Of a stretch of 64,000 nt of DNA, positions 6,962 through 15,160 are shown in pieces. Each line of letters begins with the position of its first letter. Within the stretch, counting starts at the first letter, position 1. A model generated the notes under the pieces. That model saw only the letters and a list, made by a program, of their open reading frames with translations. It was not told the origin of the DNA and made no database searches. Source of the DNA: Sorangiineae bacterium NIC37A_2 (GTDB lineage: Bacteria; Myxococcota_A; Polyangia; Polyangiales; Polyangiaceae); assembly GCA_002085155.1 (NCBI GenBank), contig NASX01000009.1, forward strand, positions 59,323-123,322. Direction: 5' to 3'. The translations under genes were made by a program, and so were the position numbers.

Positions 6962-8047
6962 GTGTCCCTTTGGGCTTCGGCGCTACTTTGGTCCGGCATG
7001 TGGGGTGCGCTCTCGGCCCCAGCGCCGCGGCCCATTGCGCTACATGTCGAAGCTCGCGAGGCCTGTGTCGCACGGGCGGCGCTCGCGAAGGACCTCGACG
7101 CCGAGCTCGCTCCTTATACCTTTCGACTGACAGGGGACAGCGAGGCCTCTTTGGTCGTGAGTGTGCAAGAGGCGCCCGGCAAGGTGGCGCTCACGATTCG
7201 CCTCACGCGTCCCGACCATGAGATTTTCCTCCGAAAGCTGACCGCTCGGGATTGCGACGAGGCGCGTCTTGCCATCCGCTTCATTGTCTCCGTGGCGCTC
7301 GGATTTGTAAGCGCGGAAGCTGAGACTGCAGCCGACGGCGGGACTGTTTCTTCGGGCGACGCTGCCGGCGCGAGCACAGGCGTGGACAAGGCGCGCGGTG
7401 TGCCGAGGGACGCAGGAACTGATGTGAGTGGACAAGGAGATGTGCCTGCTGAAGGGGCGCCGCGGTTACGCCCGGAGACCGCGACTCGAGCTCGCCGCAA
7501 GCCCCGCTCGGAACCCCGGGATGAAGTGCCGGGGGACGCCTGGCTGGGGGCGGGGTTGGTCGTCCGAGGCGGAGCCGCGCCGGGGCCCCTCCTCGGTGGG
7601 AGCGTGAATGCTGGGTGGGGACAGAGACGCACGGGAGCTTGGTCACCGGCCTTGGGGCTGGAGCTGAGCTACGCCGCGGCGCTTCCCTCGAGCGGAGCGC
7701 TCGGCACGGCGAGCTTCGAGAGTGGCCGGTTCGGGCTGCTCGGTTGTCCGAGTCTTTTTGCTCTGGGGCCGCTGCTCCTCCGGCCCTGCGCGGGGTTTCA
7801 TGCGGGGTTTTTGCGCGCCGCGGGCTCAGACACCTTTGAGGCGGCGAGCGCGACGCGCCCTTGGATCGACGTCGGCGTGAAGCTTGTGCTCGGGATTCCG
7901 CTGTCGTCGCGCCTCGACTTGGAGCTCGGGGCCGAAGGCCTTTACTCTTTCAATCGCGACACTTTCCTCTTTGATTCCGAGGTGTTCTTTCGGGTGGAAC
8001 CGATTTCGGCCGGAGGCTCACTCGGCCTGGTGTTACATTTGTGGTGA
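6962..8047 (+). CDS. Hypothetical secreted protein, possibly an outer-membrane beta-barrel
   Basis: The N-terminus MSLWASALLWSGMWGALSAPAP is signal-like. The C-terminal half has alternating G/A/L/S beta-strand-like segments and ends in ...GGSLGLVLHLW (terminal aromatic residue, as in OM barrels). Confidence 0.4.
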   Translation: MSLWASALLWSGMWGALSAPAPRPIALHVEAREACVARAALAKDLDAELAPYTFRLTGDSEASLVVSVQEAPGKVALTIRLTRPDHEIFLRKLTARDCDEARLAIRFIVSVALGFVSAEAETAADGGTVSSGDAAGASTGVDKARGVPRDAGTDVSGQGDVPAEGAPRLRPETATRARRKPRSEPRDEVPGDAWLGAGLVVRGGAAPGPLLGGSVNAGWGQRRTGAWSPALGLELSYAAALPSSGALGTASFESGRFGLLGCPSLFALGPLLLRPCAGFHAGFLRAAGSDTFEAASATRPWIDVGVKLVLGIPLSSRLDLELGAEGLYSFNRDTFLFDSEVFFRVEPISAGGSLGLVLHLW

Positions 8048-8084
8048 TCGATCTGCGGTCACTTTGCATTGTCCCTAGGAAAAG

Positions 8085-8684
8085 ATGATGGTCGTCGTCG
8101 CTGAGCCCGCTCTTGCCGTGAAGCCCGTGGACGCGGCGACCCGGGCCCATTGGGAAGCGCTCTACATCGCGCACCATCAGGTCGTCTGGCGCACGCTCCG
8201 CCGCATCGGATTTTCTCCTGACGCTGCAGCTGAAGCGACCCAGCAGGCTTTCCTGATTTGCGTGCAGCGCTTTGAGGATGTCCGGCCTGGTTCGGAGCGC
8301 GCTTTCCTGTTTTCGACGGCGATCCGAGTTGCGAAAACCGTCGCCCGGAAACATCGGCGCATCAGCCTCGAAGAAGAGCTCGAGCACCCCGATCTCGGAG
8401 TGTCCGCCGAGGCGCTCGACCGGAGGGAGCTCGCCGTAAAGATCTTGGATCGCGTTCTTCGCCAGCTGGACGAAGATCTCGTCACAGTCTTTACCCTCTT
8501 TGAGATCGAAGGTTTCAGCTCTCCCGAGATCGCTGAGATTCTTGATATCCCGCTGGGTACTGTTGCATCACGCCTCCGGCGTGCTCGGGAAGGGTTCCGG
8601 AAGGCAGCTCGTGCGGTGGAGCTCGAAGGGCGCGGCAAGGCCAGCGGTGCGGTGCGTTTGCAGGTAGCGAGGAATGAGTCATGA
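8085..8684 (+). CDS. ECF-type RNA polymerase sigma factor (sigma-70 family, group 4)
   Basis: Region 2 is YIAHHQVVWRTLRRIGFSPDAAAEATQQAFLICVQRF. Region 4 is the HTH LVTVFTLFEIEGFSSPEIAEILDIPLGTVASRLRRAREGF. Confidence 0.85.
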   Translation: MMVVVAEPALAVKPVDAATRAHWEALYIAHHQVVWRTLRRIGFSPDAAAEATQQAFLICVQRFEDVRPGSERAFLFSTAIRVAKTVARKHRRISLEEELEHPDLGVSAEALDRRELAVKILDRVLRQLDEDLVTVFTLFEIEGFSSPEIAEILDIPLGTVASRLRRAREGFRKAARAVELEGRGKASGAVRLQVARNES

Positions 8685-9424
8685 CAGACCCGATTCGACT
8701 GGTCGAGAGCGGGGACCTGAGCCCGTTTGAGAATGAGCTTTTGGAGAGCGCTCGTCTCGAGAAGCCTGACGCTCGTCTCTCTGCGATCTTGCTTTCGGGG
8801 ATCGGGGCGCCCGTAGCGCTGCCGGCTCCTGAGCTACTCGAGGCGTCGATGCGCCCGAGCGCGGCGATCGGCTGGTCGCGGGCTGCGCTCTTGCGGGTGG
8901 TCGCAGGGGTGGGCCTCGGCGGAGCTTTGACCGCTGGCTGGCTGGTGACGCGTTCGGCGCCCGAGGGTGGGGAGGTCTGCGCTGGGCCAGCCTGCGCTCA
9001 CGAGCAAGTGGCGCCTCTGTCGGCTCCGGTGAACTTGCCGTCGACATCCCCGGCTGTCGAAGCTCCGGCTGTCGAAGCCCCTGCGAGCTTGAGCGCTGTG
9101 GAGCGCGTCGACGCGTCGTCGAGTGAAGAGGAGGCGCCCCCTGAGACGCCAACAGCTGCGCCTGCCAAGCGCCCAAAGAGCGCGAGCTCTGTGAAGGCGA
9201 GTCCGGCCGCGCCGTCCACATTGACGGAGGAGATTGCTGCCCTGGAACCGGCGCGGGTTGCGCTCCGCTCTGGGGATGCGTCCCTCGCCTTGCGTGTGCT
9301 CGCGCGGTATCATGCTCGCTTCCCTTCCGGAGTCCTCCGGCCTGAGGCAGAGGCCCTCCAGGCCCAGGCCCGGGAGAAGGCGAGCGGCGCGATGATCCGT
9401 GATTCTTCTGAAAAGCCGAGATGA
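8681..9424 (+). CDS. Putative single-pass anti-sigma factor
   Basis: An ATGA start/stop overlap links it to the sigma gene (8681-8684). It has a short cytoplasmic N-terminus, one TM (AALLRVVAGVGLGGALTAGWLV), a Pro/Ala-rich linker and a C-terminal helical domain. The call rests on position only. Confidence 0.5.
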   Translation: MTDPIRLVESGDLSPFENELLESARLEKPDARLSAILLSGIGAPVALPAPELLEASMRPSAAIGWSRAALLRVVAGVGLGGALTAGWLVTRSAPEGGEVCAGPACAHEQVAPLSAPVNLPSTSPAVEAPAVEAPASLSAVERVDASSSEEEAPPETPTAAPAKRPKSASSVKASPAAPSTLTEEIAALEPARVALRSGDASLALRVLARYHARFPSGVLRPEAEALQAQAREKASGAMIRDSSEKPR

Positions 9425-10503
9425 GATGGAGGTTGCCGGTCCTGTGGGCGGTCCTCGTCGGAGCGGGTGAGCTCGGGGGCTGCTCCTTTGGGGCCGACAT
9501 TCGGCTGGGGGGAGCTGCGCCCACTACAGGCGGCCACTCTCCCGCAGATGGCGGGGGCGTCTCCCTGGGCGGCGAAGCCGCGAGTCAGAACGAAACGGGG
9601 GGCTCAGCGAGCGGCGGCCGCAGCTCAGGGGGAACGCACGTGGGGGGCGCCGTGAGCTCGGGGGGCGCGATCGAGGCGAGCGGTGGACTTGGCGGGGCCG
9701 GTCCCAGCTTCACGGTCACCGTGAGCAACATTCGCCCGTTGGTTGAGATCAACGCGGAGCAAAAGGACGATAACCCCACGCTCACAGACGACGAACTGCT
9801 CGTCTGCTTTACGTCGAAGCGTCCCACCGAAACCGGAGGAACCGACGTTTGGTGCAGCGAACGCTCATCGACAAGTGAGCCTTTCGGCGAGCCTCGTGAA
9901 CAGAGCTCATTGAACACCCCGGGCTTCGAGAGCAGTCCATCGCTCGGCGCCGATGGTTTGTCGATCTGGATCGCCTCCGACGTCGACGGGGATATGGACA
10001 TTCTTGTCGCTTTCCGCAGCGATCGAGGGTCGGACTGGGGCCCGCTCCAGCCAGTCGCCGAGCTCAACTCGACGGCGGATGACTTGCCGCGCCCGCTGGC
10101 ACGGGGAGGGCGTTTGATGCCGCTTTCGTCCCGTCGGGACCACTCTCAGTATTGGACCTATTTAGCGGAGCGACCGAGCCTGGAGGAGCCTTTTGGGGAG
10201 CCGCGTCTGATTGAAGAACTCGCCGAAGAAGGGCGGAGTTTCGTCGACGGCTTTCTCCTCGAAGATGGGCTCACGCTCTTTTTCACAATGGTGGAGGAGG
10301 GCGGAAAGGGAGATCTGTATGTAGCGCGGCGCGAGTCATTGGATGCGCCGTTCTCAGAGCCCGAGGAGGTGCGCGGCGCGAACACCGACTCTGAAGAGCG
10401 AGATCCCTTCGTGAGCGCCGATGGAATGAGGCTTTATTTTTCCTCCGACCGTGACGGAGAGCTGGACCTGTTCGTGGCCGATCTCGAAATTGTCGGCGGA
10501 TGA
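9421..10503 (+). CDS. TolB-like PD40/WD40-like beta-propeller repeat protein (secreted)
   Basis: An ATGA overlap links it to the upstream gene (9421-9424). It has a signal-like N-terminus and a Gly-rich linker. PD40-like units repeat (PTLTDDELLVCFTSKR, PSLGADGLSIWIASD, FLLEDGLTLFFTM, PFVSADGMRLYFSSDRDGELDLF). Confidence 0.6.
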   Translation: MRWRLPVLWAVLVGAGELGGCSFGADIRLGGAAPTTGGHSPADGGGVSLGGEAASQNETGGSASGGRSSGGTHVGGAVSSGGAIEASGGLGGAGPSFTVTVSNIRPLVEINAEQKDDNPTLTDDELLVCFTSKRPTETGGTDVWCSERSSTSEPFGEPREQSSLNTPGFESSPSLGADGLSIWIASDVDGDMDILVAFRSDRGSDWGPLQPVAELNSTADDLPRPLARGGRLMPLSSRRDHSQYWTYLAERPSLEEPFGEPRLIEELAEEGRSFVDGFLLEDGLTLFFTMVEEGGKGDLYVARRESLDAPFSEPEEVRGANTDSEERDPFVSADGMRLYFSSDRDGELDLFVADLEIVGG

Positions 10504-10509
10504 GCCGAG

Positions 10510-11595
10510 ATGAATGTGCTAGAGACCGCGCCGAACATGATCGGCCGCCCCATGGAACGAAGCCAGACCTCTCGATTGCGTCCCCTTTGCCTCATGGGCC
10601 TTGTGCCCTGGCTCCTCTTCGCCTGCGGAGAGAGCGGAGGCAGCGGAGTGGGAACCGGAACCGGTGGTGTTGAGGCTGGAGGTGGCGCCGTTGGGTCTTC
10701 CGGCGGGGCGCCCGGCGTGGGAGGAGATGGCGCTCCTGCGGGGGGCAGTGCCCCGGCCAGCGGCGGTTCTGCGGTGGGCGGCGCGAGTGCGTCCGGAGGC
10801 GAGGGGAACGCTGCCGGAGGGACGAGCGACGGCTCTGGTGGAGGAGCGACCGGCGGTGCGGAGAGCTCGGGGGGAGCGGAGAACGTGGGCGGAGCACCGG
10901 TCGACGGCAGTGGCGGCGGAGGCGGTGCCGCAGAGCCGTGCCCCGCTGATGCGACTTTTTGTTCTGGCTTCGATAGCGCGGAGCTCCCGGATGGAGCGGT
11001 GTTTCGCTTGAACGGAGATCCTGCGACGCCCTGGACCGCTTATTTTGAAGTCGACTCGACAGTCAAGCGCTCTGGAGCCTCGGCGCTCCGTGTGAAGTCT
11101 GTAGGGGAGGTGTCGGCCGCCTATAAGATGCTCTCGGTGCCGTCCGGGGGAGCGAACTTCTGGGTGCGCCTCTATATCCGGAGCGACGTGCCTCTGGGGC
11201 ACGAAGAGCACAATGTCTTCGGTCAGGCGTCGGGTTCTGACGATCCGAATGACGCAACCTCTGTCGAGTTCGCAGAAGACGTCGGAATCTCTTTTAACTC
11301 ACAGGACGTTGTTCGCTGGCCCGAGGGTTACGGGCGCCTGCAGGCGGGCGGCACCATGGCGTACACTCTCCCCGCGGACACTTGGCACTGCGTCGAGATC
11401 CATTTCGACGGGACTGCGAGAGCTCAAGAGCTCTACGTGGGCGGTGAGAAGCTGATCGACGCGCCGAACTATCCAGCCGAGCCGAAGGCCTTCACACGCT
11501 TCAAATTCGGCTATAACGCCCTCCATTTTACGGAGAGGAAGGTCTGGTACGACGACGTCGCCGTGGGCCCCACGCGACCCGGCTGCCTCGATTGA
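10510..11595 (+). CDS. Secreted lipoprotein with a Gly-rich linker and a C-terminal ConA/LamG-like jelly-roll domain
   Basis: It has a lipobox-like LLFACGESGG and ~110 aa of GGxGG low complexity. The C-terminal domain reads FCSGFDSAELPDGAVF...SGASALRVKS...WHCVEIHFDG...VWYDDVAVGPTRPGC. The fold assignment is pattern-level only. Confidence 0.5.
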   Translation: MNVLETAPNMIGRPMERSQTSRLRPLCLMGLVPWLLFACGESGGSGVGTGTGGVEAGGGAVGSSGGAPGVGGDGAPAGGSAPASGGSAVGGASASGGEGNAAGGTSDGSGGGATGGAESSGGAENVGGAPVDGSGGGGGAAEPCPADATFCSGFDSAELPDGAVFRLNGDPATPWTAYFEVDSTVKRSGASALRVKSVGEVSAAYKMLSVPSGGANFWVRLYIRSDVPLGHEEHNVFGQASGSDDPNDATSVEFAEDVGISFNSQDVVRWPEGYGRLQAGGTMAYTLPADTWHCVEIHFDGTARAQELYVGGEKLIDAPNYPAEPKAFTRFKFGYNALHFTERKVWYDDVAVGPTRPGCLD

Positions 11596-11606
11596 GGAGA
11601 GAGGCG

Positions 11607-11634
11607 AGCGCGCGTGCTTCAAAGGACGCGCGCT
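11607..11634. terminator. GC-rich hairpin between convergent genes (bidirectional terminator candidate)
   Basis: AGCGCGCGT (11607-11615) pairs with ACGCGCGCT (11626-11634), a perfect 9-bp stem with a 10-nt loop. It lies between the stop at 11595 (+) and the stop at 11700 (-). Confidence 0.45.
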
Positions 11635-11699
11635 TCAGCCGGTGCGTGTAGGTCGACTCGACGGGGGCGAGCTGCGCAGGGCTGGGGAGCGATCAGCGC

Positions 11700-13040
11700 T
11701 CACGGCAGTGTCTCGATATGTTGCGCGAGGCGCAGCGCGAGAGCGGTGAGGGTCAAAGAAGGATTGGCCGCCGGTGAGGTCGGAAAGACACTCAGATCAC
11801 AGACGAAGAGGTTATCGTGCCCCCTGAACTTGAGGTTCATGTCGACGACCCCTTGGCCTTCTGGACCGAGCCGCAGCGTGCCGACTTCATGGGCGACTCC
11901 ACCGAGCGCGCCCGCGTTCAGGGCGAGCGAGCCGCCCTCGAGGGGCTCCCCGCCGAGCGCGCCGATGATTTGGTCTTTGAGAGCGTTCACCTCGCCCCAA
12001 AACGGGTCGGCTGCCGGGCTTTTTTGCATGAAAATTTGAGGTTTCACGTAAGATGGGCCTTGCTGCTTGACCCAGTTTGCTTCGACAAGAGGCGCATTGA
12101 AGAGAAACACGATCTCGCAGAGCATCGTGTCTCCTTTGAGAGCCCGGTGACGCTTGAGGGTATCAGGATCGAGATAGCGGCCTTGGTTCAGATCGGCGCC
12201 GAGCTCAAGCAATACGTTGTAAGGATGGGACGTGGCGCTCGCGCTGCGGTGCCGAGACAGGGTCTTGCTCGAAGCGTCCGGTCGATGCCACTGCTTGCCA
12301 GGAGGGATGGAGAAGTGGGTGAAAAGGACAGGGTGATCCGTGATGCCTTTGCCGACAAGCCCGTAGGGGTCTTTGAGTCCGCTCAGTTGCGCGAGCTTGG
12401 CGCTCTCGACGGTTCCCGCCGCGAGGACGACATATTTGCCCTGATAACGGCGCACGCGCGCTGCGATGAGGTCCGTCGCCTCGACAGATGTCACGCGGCC
12501 GCTGGGATCGACCTGGAGCCCTGTGACGGCGTGATTCAAGTTCACCGTGCATTTCCCGAGACCGCCAGGGTCTGTGGAGATCCTGCCTTCAGTGAGCAAG
12601 TCCGCTGTCGAGAAGAGACCGGGAGCGAGGGTGCCCCGCGCGTCGTTGAGCTGACGAACGGCCATCGGCGCGTCGAAATGCGCGTAGTCGGCCCAGGTTT
12701 GATTGAGCCAAGACTTGACTTGAGTCTGATATGGCGCCGGAGCGGGCGGCCAATACATGAGGTCCTCCGCTTGTGCGTAAGCGACGTCCTCAAGCGCCCA
12801 GCGCACTTCTTCAGGCCAGGCTTCAAGCTCCCACCAGGTCATGCGCGGAATGAATCCGCCCCAAAAAACGCTGCGTCCGCCTAAGTTGAAGGCCTGAGCT
12901 CCCTGATAGTCAGAGCCATCAGCGTTTTGGTAGTTGATGACCTTGTATTCATCAAACAGAGCCCAAAGGTGCTTCTCAAACTGGCCGAGCTGATATTGCC
13001 TCGGGAGATTGGCGGTGTGCGTCGTGAAGAGCGCGCTCAC
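11700..13040 (-). CDS. GMC-family oxidoreductase core lacking the N-terminal FAD-binding GxGxxG segment
   Basis: It has the C-terminal GMC signature GVVDMNLKFRGHDNLFVCDLSVFPTSPAANPSLTLTALALRLAQHI, an internal VVLAAGTVESAKLAQLSGL and NLGGRSVFWGG. I found no dinucleotide-binding motif in this ORF or upstream of it. Confidence 0.7.
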   Translation of the reverse strand: MSALFTTHTANLPRQYQLGQFEKHLWALFDEYKVINYQNADGSDYQGAQAFNLGGRSVFWGGFIPRMTWWELEAWPEEVRWALEDVAYAQAEDLMYWPPAPAPYQTQVKSWLNQTWADYAHFDAPMAVRQLNDARGTLAPGLFSTADLLTEGRISTDPGGLGKCTVNLNHAVTGLQVDPSGRVTSVEATDLIAARVRRYQGKYVVLAAGTVESAKLAQLSGLKDPYGLVGKGITDHPVLFTHFSIPPGKQWHRPDASSKTLSRHRSASATSHPYNVLLELGADLNQGRYLDPDTLKRHRALKGDTMLCEIVFLFNAPLVEANWVKQQGPSYVKPQIFMQKSPAADPFWGEVNALKDQIIGALGGEPLEGGSLALNAGALGGVAHEVGTLRLGPEGQGVVDMNLKFRGHDNLFVCDLSVFPTSPAANPSLTLTALALRLAQHIETLP

Positions 13041-13314
13041 CGAGAGGGGGAAATGCGACCTGCTCGTCGGCCACCACGAAGTCGACGTCGGGTCCGCGCG
13101 GCGGAAGGAACAGGTTGTCTCCGAGCATCCAAACTCCCTCGAGCAGGAACTTGAAGGCAGTTCCGTTTGGATAGCGGTCCTCGTCGAGTTCGAAGTGCCA
13201 GGCGTCTTCCCGGTAGTGGCCGGCGATATCCCGGTTCCACCCGTCGACCTCAGTCCGGAGCGTCAGCGTAATGTCTGGCCGGACTCGTTGAGTCTCCCAT
13301 CGTATCGCGAACAT
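12976..13314 (-). CDS. Small beta-sandwich-like ORF (CBM48/AMPK-beta glycogen-binding-like pattern), out of frame with and overlapping the GMC ORF
   Basis: FAIRWETQRVRPDITLTLRTEVDGWNRDIAGHYREDAWHFELDEDRYPNGTAFKFLLEGVWMLGDN follows the F-x-W...G-W...W-x-x-x-L...Y/F-K-F-x-x-x-G-x-W pattern. It overlaps the GMC ORF by 65 nt in the +1 frame. Confidence 0.4.
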   Translation of the reverse strand: MFAIRWETQRVRPDITLTLRTEVDGWNRDIAGHYREDAWHFELDEDRYPNGTAFKFLLEGVWMLGDNLFLPPRGPDVDFVVADEQVAFPPLGERALHDAHRQSPEAISARPV

Positions 13315-13594
13315 CGTCCCCCCATGGGGCCCCGCTCTGAGCGGCCCCTTCCTCCCCGGAGTCTAGTCGACCGACCGAAAACCAGAAACGCCGCATGTTT
13401 TGCGCTCCCTGCTGCCTGACCGCGTCGGCCGTGATAGGAGCACACGAGGGAGAGAGGGGGCGGCGCGCCGCTTGAGGCAACTGGGGCGGCTCGGGGTTCT
13501 GGACCTGCTGAGGCGTAGGGATGGGACCCACAAAGCGGCGTCGTCCTCTTCGACAAGACGAGCCCTTCGGGGGATAAAGGACGAATACCTCTTG

Positions 13595-14479
13595 ATGCAG
13601 CCGCGACGCCTCGGAGTTCTCCTCAACGAAAACCGCTGCGCCTACAGCTACGCGATGGCGGATGAGCTGGACGTCGCCGCGTCTTTGCACGGAATCGAAC
13701 TCGAATATTTTCCGGTCGACTGGGCCGGCGCTCAACAAGAGGCAGACCAGAGAGAGCTCTTGCGTCTCGTTGAGCGCGCGGAGCGCCTCGAGGGGCTCGT
13801 CATTCTCTCGAGCGTCTTCAACCACAATGTGAAGTCCTTGAAGCGTTTCACTCAGGCATGGTGGCCGCGGCCCGCTTCGAGCATCGGGTTCCGTTTGCCG
13901 CTCGTTCCGTCTGTGCTTGTCGACAATCGCCGCGCCATGTACTCGGCCACGCGTCATCTCATCACCGAGCACAATCGGAGAAAGATCGTGTTCATTCGTG
14001 GGCGCCCTGACAGCCAGGAAGCCACCGACCGCTACTTTGGTTTTCGTCAGGCTCTTCGCGAAAGCGGCATTCTCGGCGATAGCGCGCGCGTCCTCGAGGG
14101 CGACTTTACGCGCCAAAGCGCGGCCGCTGCGCTGAATCTACTTCCGCGCGCGATCGAGTTTGACGCAGTCTTGGCCTCGAATGACGAAATGGCCCTGGGT
14201 GTCGTGGCTGAGCTAGAAGCTCGAGGCCTGAGAATCCCCGAGCACGTTTCCGTGATTGGTTTCGATGACGTGCCTGCCGCTGCGAGAGGGCGCGTCCCTT
14301 TGACGACCATGCGACAGCCCTTCGACCTCGTAGCTCAGAAGGCGATTGAGCTTGTCCTCGACCAATGTGAGGAAGCGCACGTGTCAACCATCAGTGAGGT
14401 GCCTGTGCAGTTCATTCACCGAGCGTCGTGTGGCTGCGGAGCGAAGAGAAGCCTCGGTCCTGAACGCTTCGGTTCGTAG
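13595..14479 (+). CDS. LacI/PurR-type periplasmic-binding-fold ligand-binding domain protein without a recognisable N-terminal HTH
   Basis: RLGVLLNE...GLVILS...VLVDNRRAMYSATRHLITEHNRRKIVFIRGRPDSQEATDRYFGFRQAL...DAVLASNDEMALGVVAELEARGLRIPEHVSVIGFDDVP is the LacI-family effector domain. The in-frame sequence upstream of ATG 13595 is Arg-rich and not HTH-like. Confidence 0.7.
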   Translation: MQPRRLGVLLNENRCAYSYAMADELDVAASLHGIELEYFPVDWAGAQQEADQRELLRLVERAERLEGLVILSSVFNHNVKSLKRFTQAWWPRPASSIGFRLPLVPSVLVDNRRAMYSATRHLITEHNRRKIVFIRGRPDSQEATDRYFGFRQALRESGILGDSARVLEGDFTRQSAAAALNLLPRAIEFDAVLASNDEMALGVVAELEARGLRIPEHVSVIGFDDVPAAARGRVPLTTMRQPFDLVAQKAIELVLDQCEEAHVSTISEVPVQFIHRASCGCGAKRSLGPERFGS

Positions 14480-14502
14480 GGCGCTGTCGGCAAAGAGCTC
14501 TC

Positions 14503-15099
14503 TCAGCGTCGTTCGCCCATCGCGGGCCCTGGCTCGGGGGAGATATGTTCCGCGCGGCGCCACTCGGCTGCGCGCGCTTGTTCGATGCGTTCCGCGGCGC
14601 GTCTGAGGACCTCCGCTTCATTTGCGGTTAAACTGCCGTCACTGGTCGGGTACCGCTGAGCGCTGTGGAGCGCGAGGGCTTCGGGGGAGAGCAAGTGGAG
14701 CGCGGCGGAGAGGCTATCGCTGCGCGAGTCGCGCGAACTTTGGGCCGGAAGCGAACCAAACACGAGTCCCAGGCCGAGAAGGAGCGAGAACAGCCCGATG
14801 ACTTGCAGGGGAGAGGCTCCTTCGAAGAGTCCCGCGAGCGGAGGGCCCTCTTTCTCCGAGGCCTCGAAGAAGGGAGAGAGCGTGAGCGACGGCATATGGG
14901 CGAACAGGGAGCGACTTTCCGCAGGAGCGCTCGCGGGCTCCTCTTCGCTGCCTTCGGCCGGCTCCTGGGACGCGACCTGTTCGGGTGTGGCGCTCATGAC
15001 CGCGTGGTGAGGCGCGCTCGCGCACCCGGAGCACACAAGAAGTCCTAAGGTGATCACGATCACGAGAGGTTTCCAGGGGCGCAAAGGATGACTTGTCAT
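14503..15099 (-). CDS. Hypothetical lipoprotein/membrane protein
   Basis: ATG 15099 gives MTSHPLRPWKPLVIVITLGLLVCSGCAS (lipobox). There is a second hydrophobic segment, VIGLFSLLLGLGLVFG. No known motif. Confidence 0.45.
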   Translation of the reverse strand: MTSHPLRPWKPLVIVITLGLLVCSGCASAPHHAVMSATPEQVASQEPAEGSEEEPASAPAESRSLFAHMPSLTLSPFFEASEKEGPPLAGLFEGASPLQVIGLFSLLLGLGLVFGSLPAQSSRDSRSDSLSAALHLLSPEALALHSAQRYPTSDGSLTANEAEVLRRAAERIEQARAAEWRRAEHISPEPGPAMGERR

Positions 15100-15160
15100 G
15101 GCTATTGGACTCACTTCGAGAAGTGAAGTTGCAGGAGTCGTGCCAGCCAGAGCTGAGGCC

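Noticed and set aside
6862-7221. Alternative ORF with a signal-peptide-like start (ALGALAFFGSLTLLAGAAIV) just upstream of, and overlapping, the 6962 ORF; possible frameshifted true N-terminus
   Set aside because: The 6962 frame has its own plausible signal peptide and continues for 361 aa. The rest of the 6862 frame is Arg/Gly junk. I could not find support for a frameshift, so I kept 6962.
8679-9524. 281-aa minus-strand ORF, very Pro/Ser/Arg-rich
   Set aside because: It is antisense to the anti-sigma gene, which is fixed by ATGA coupling on both sides.
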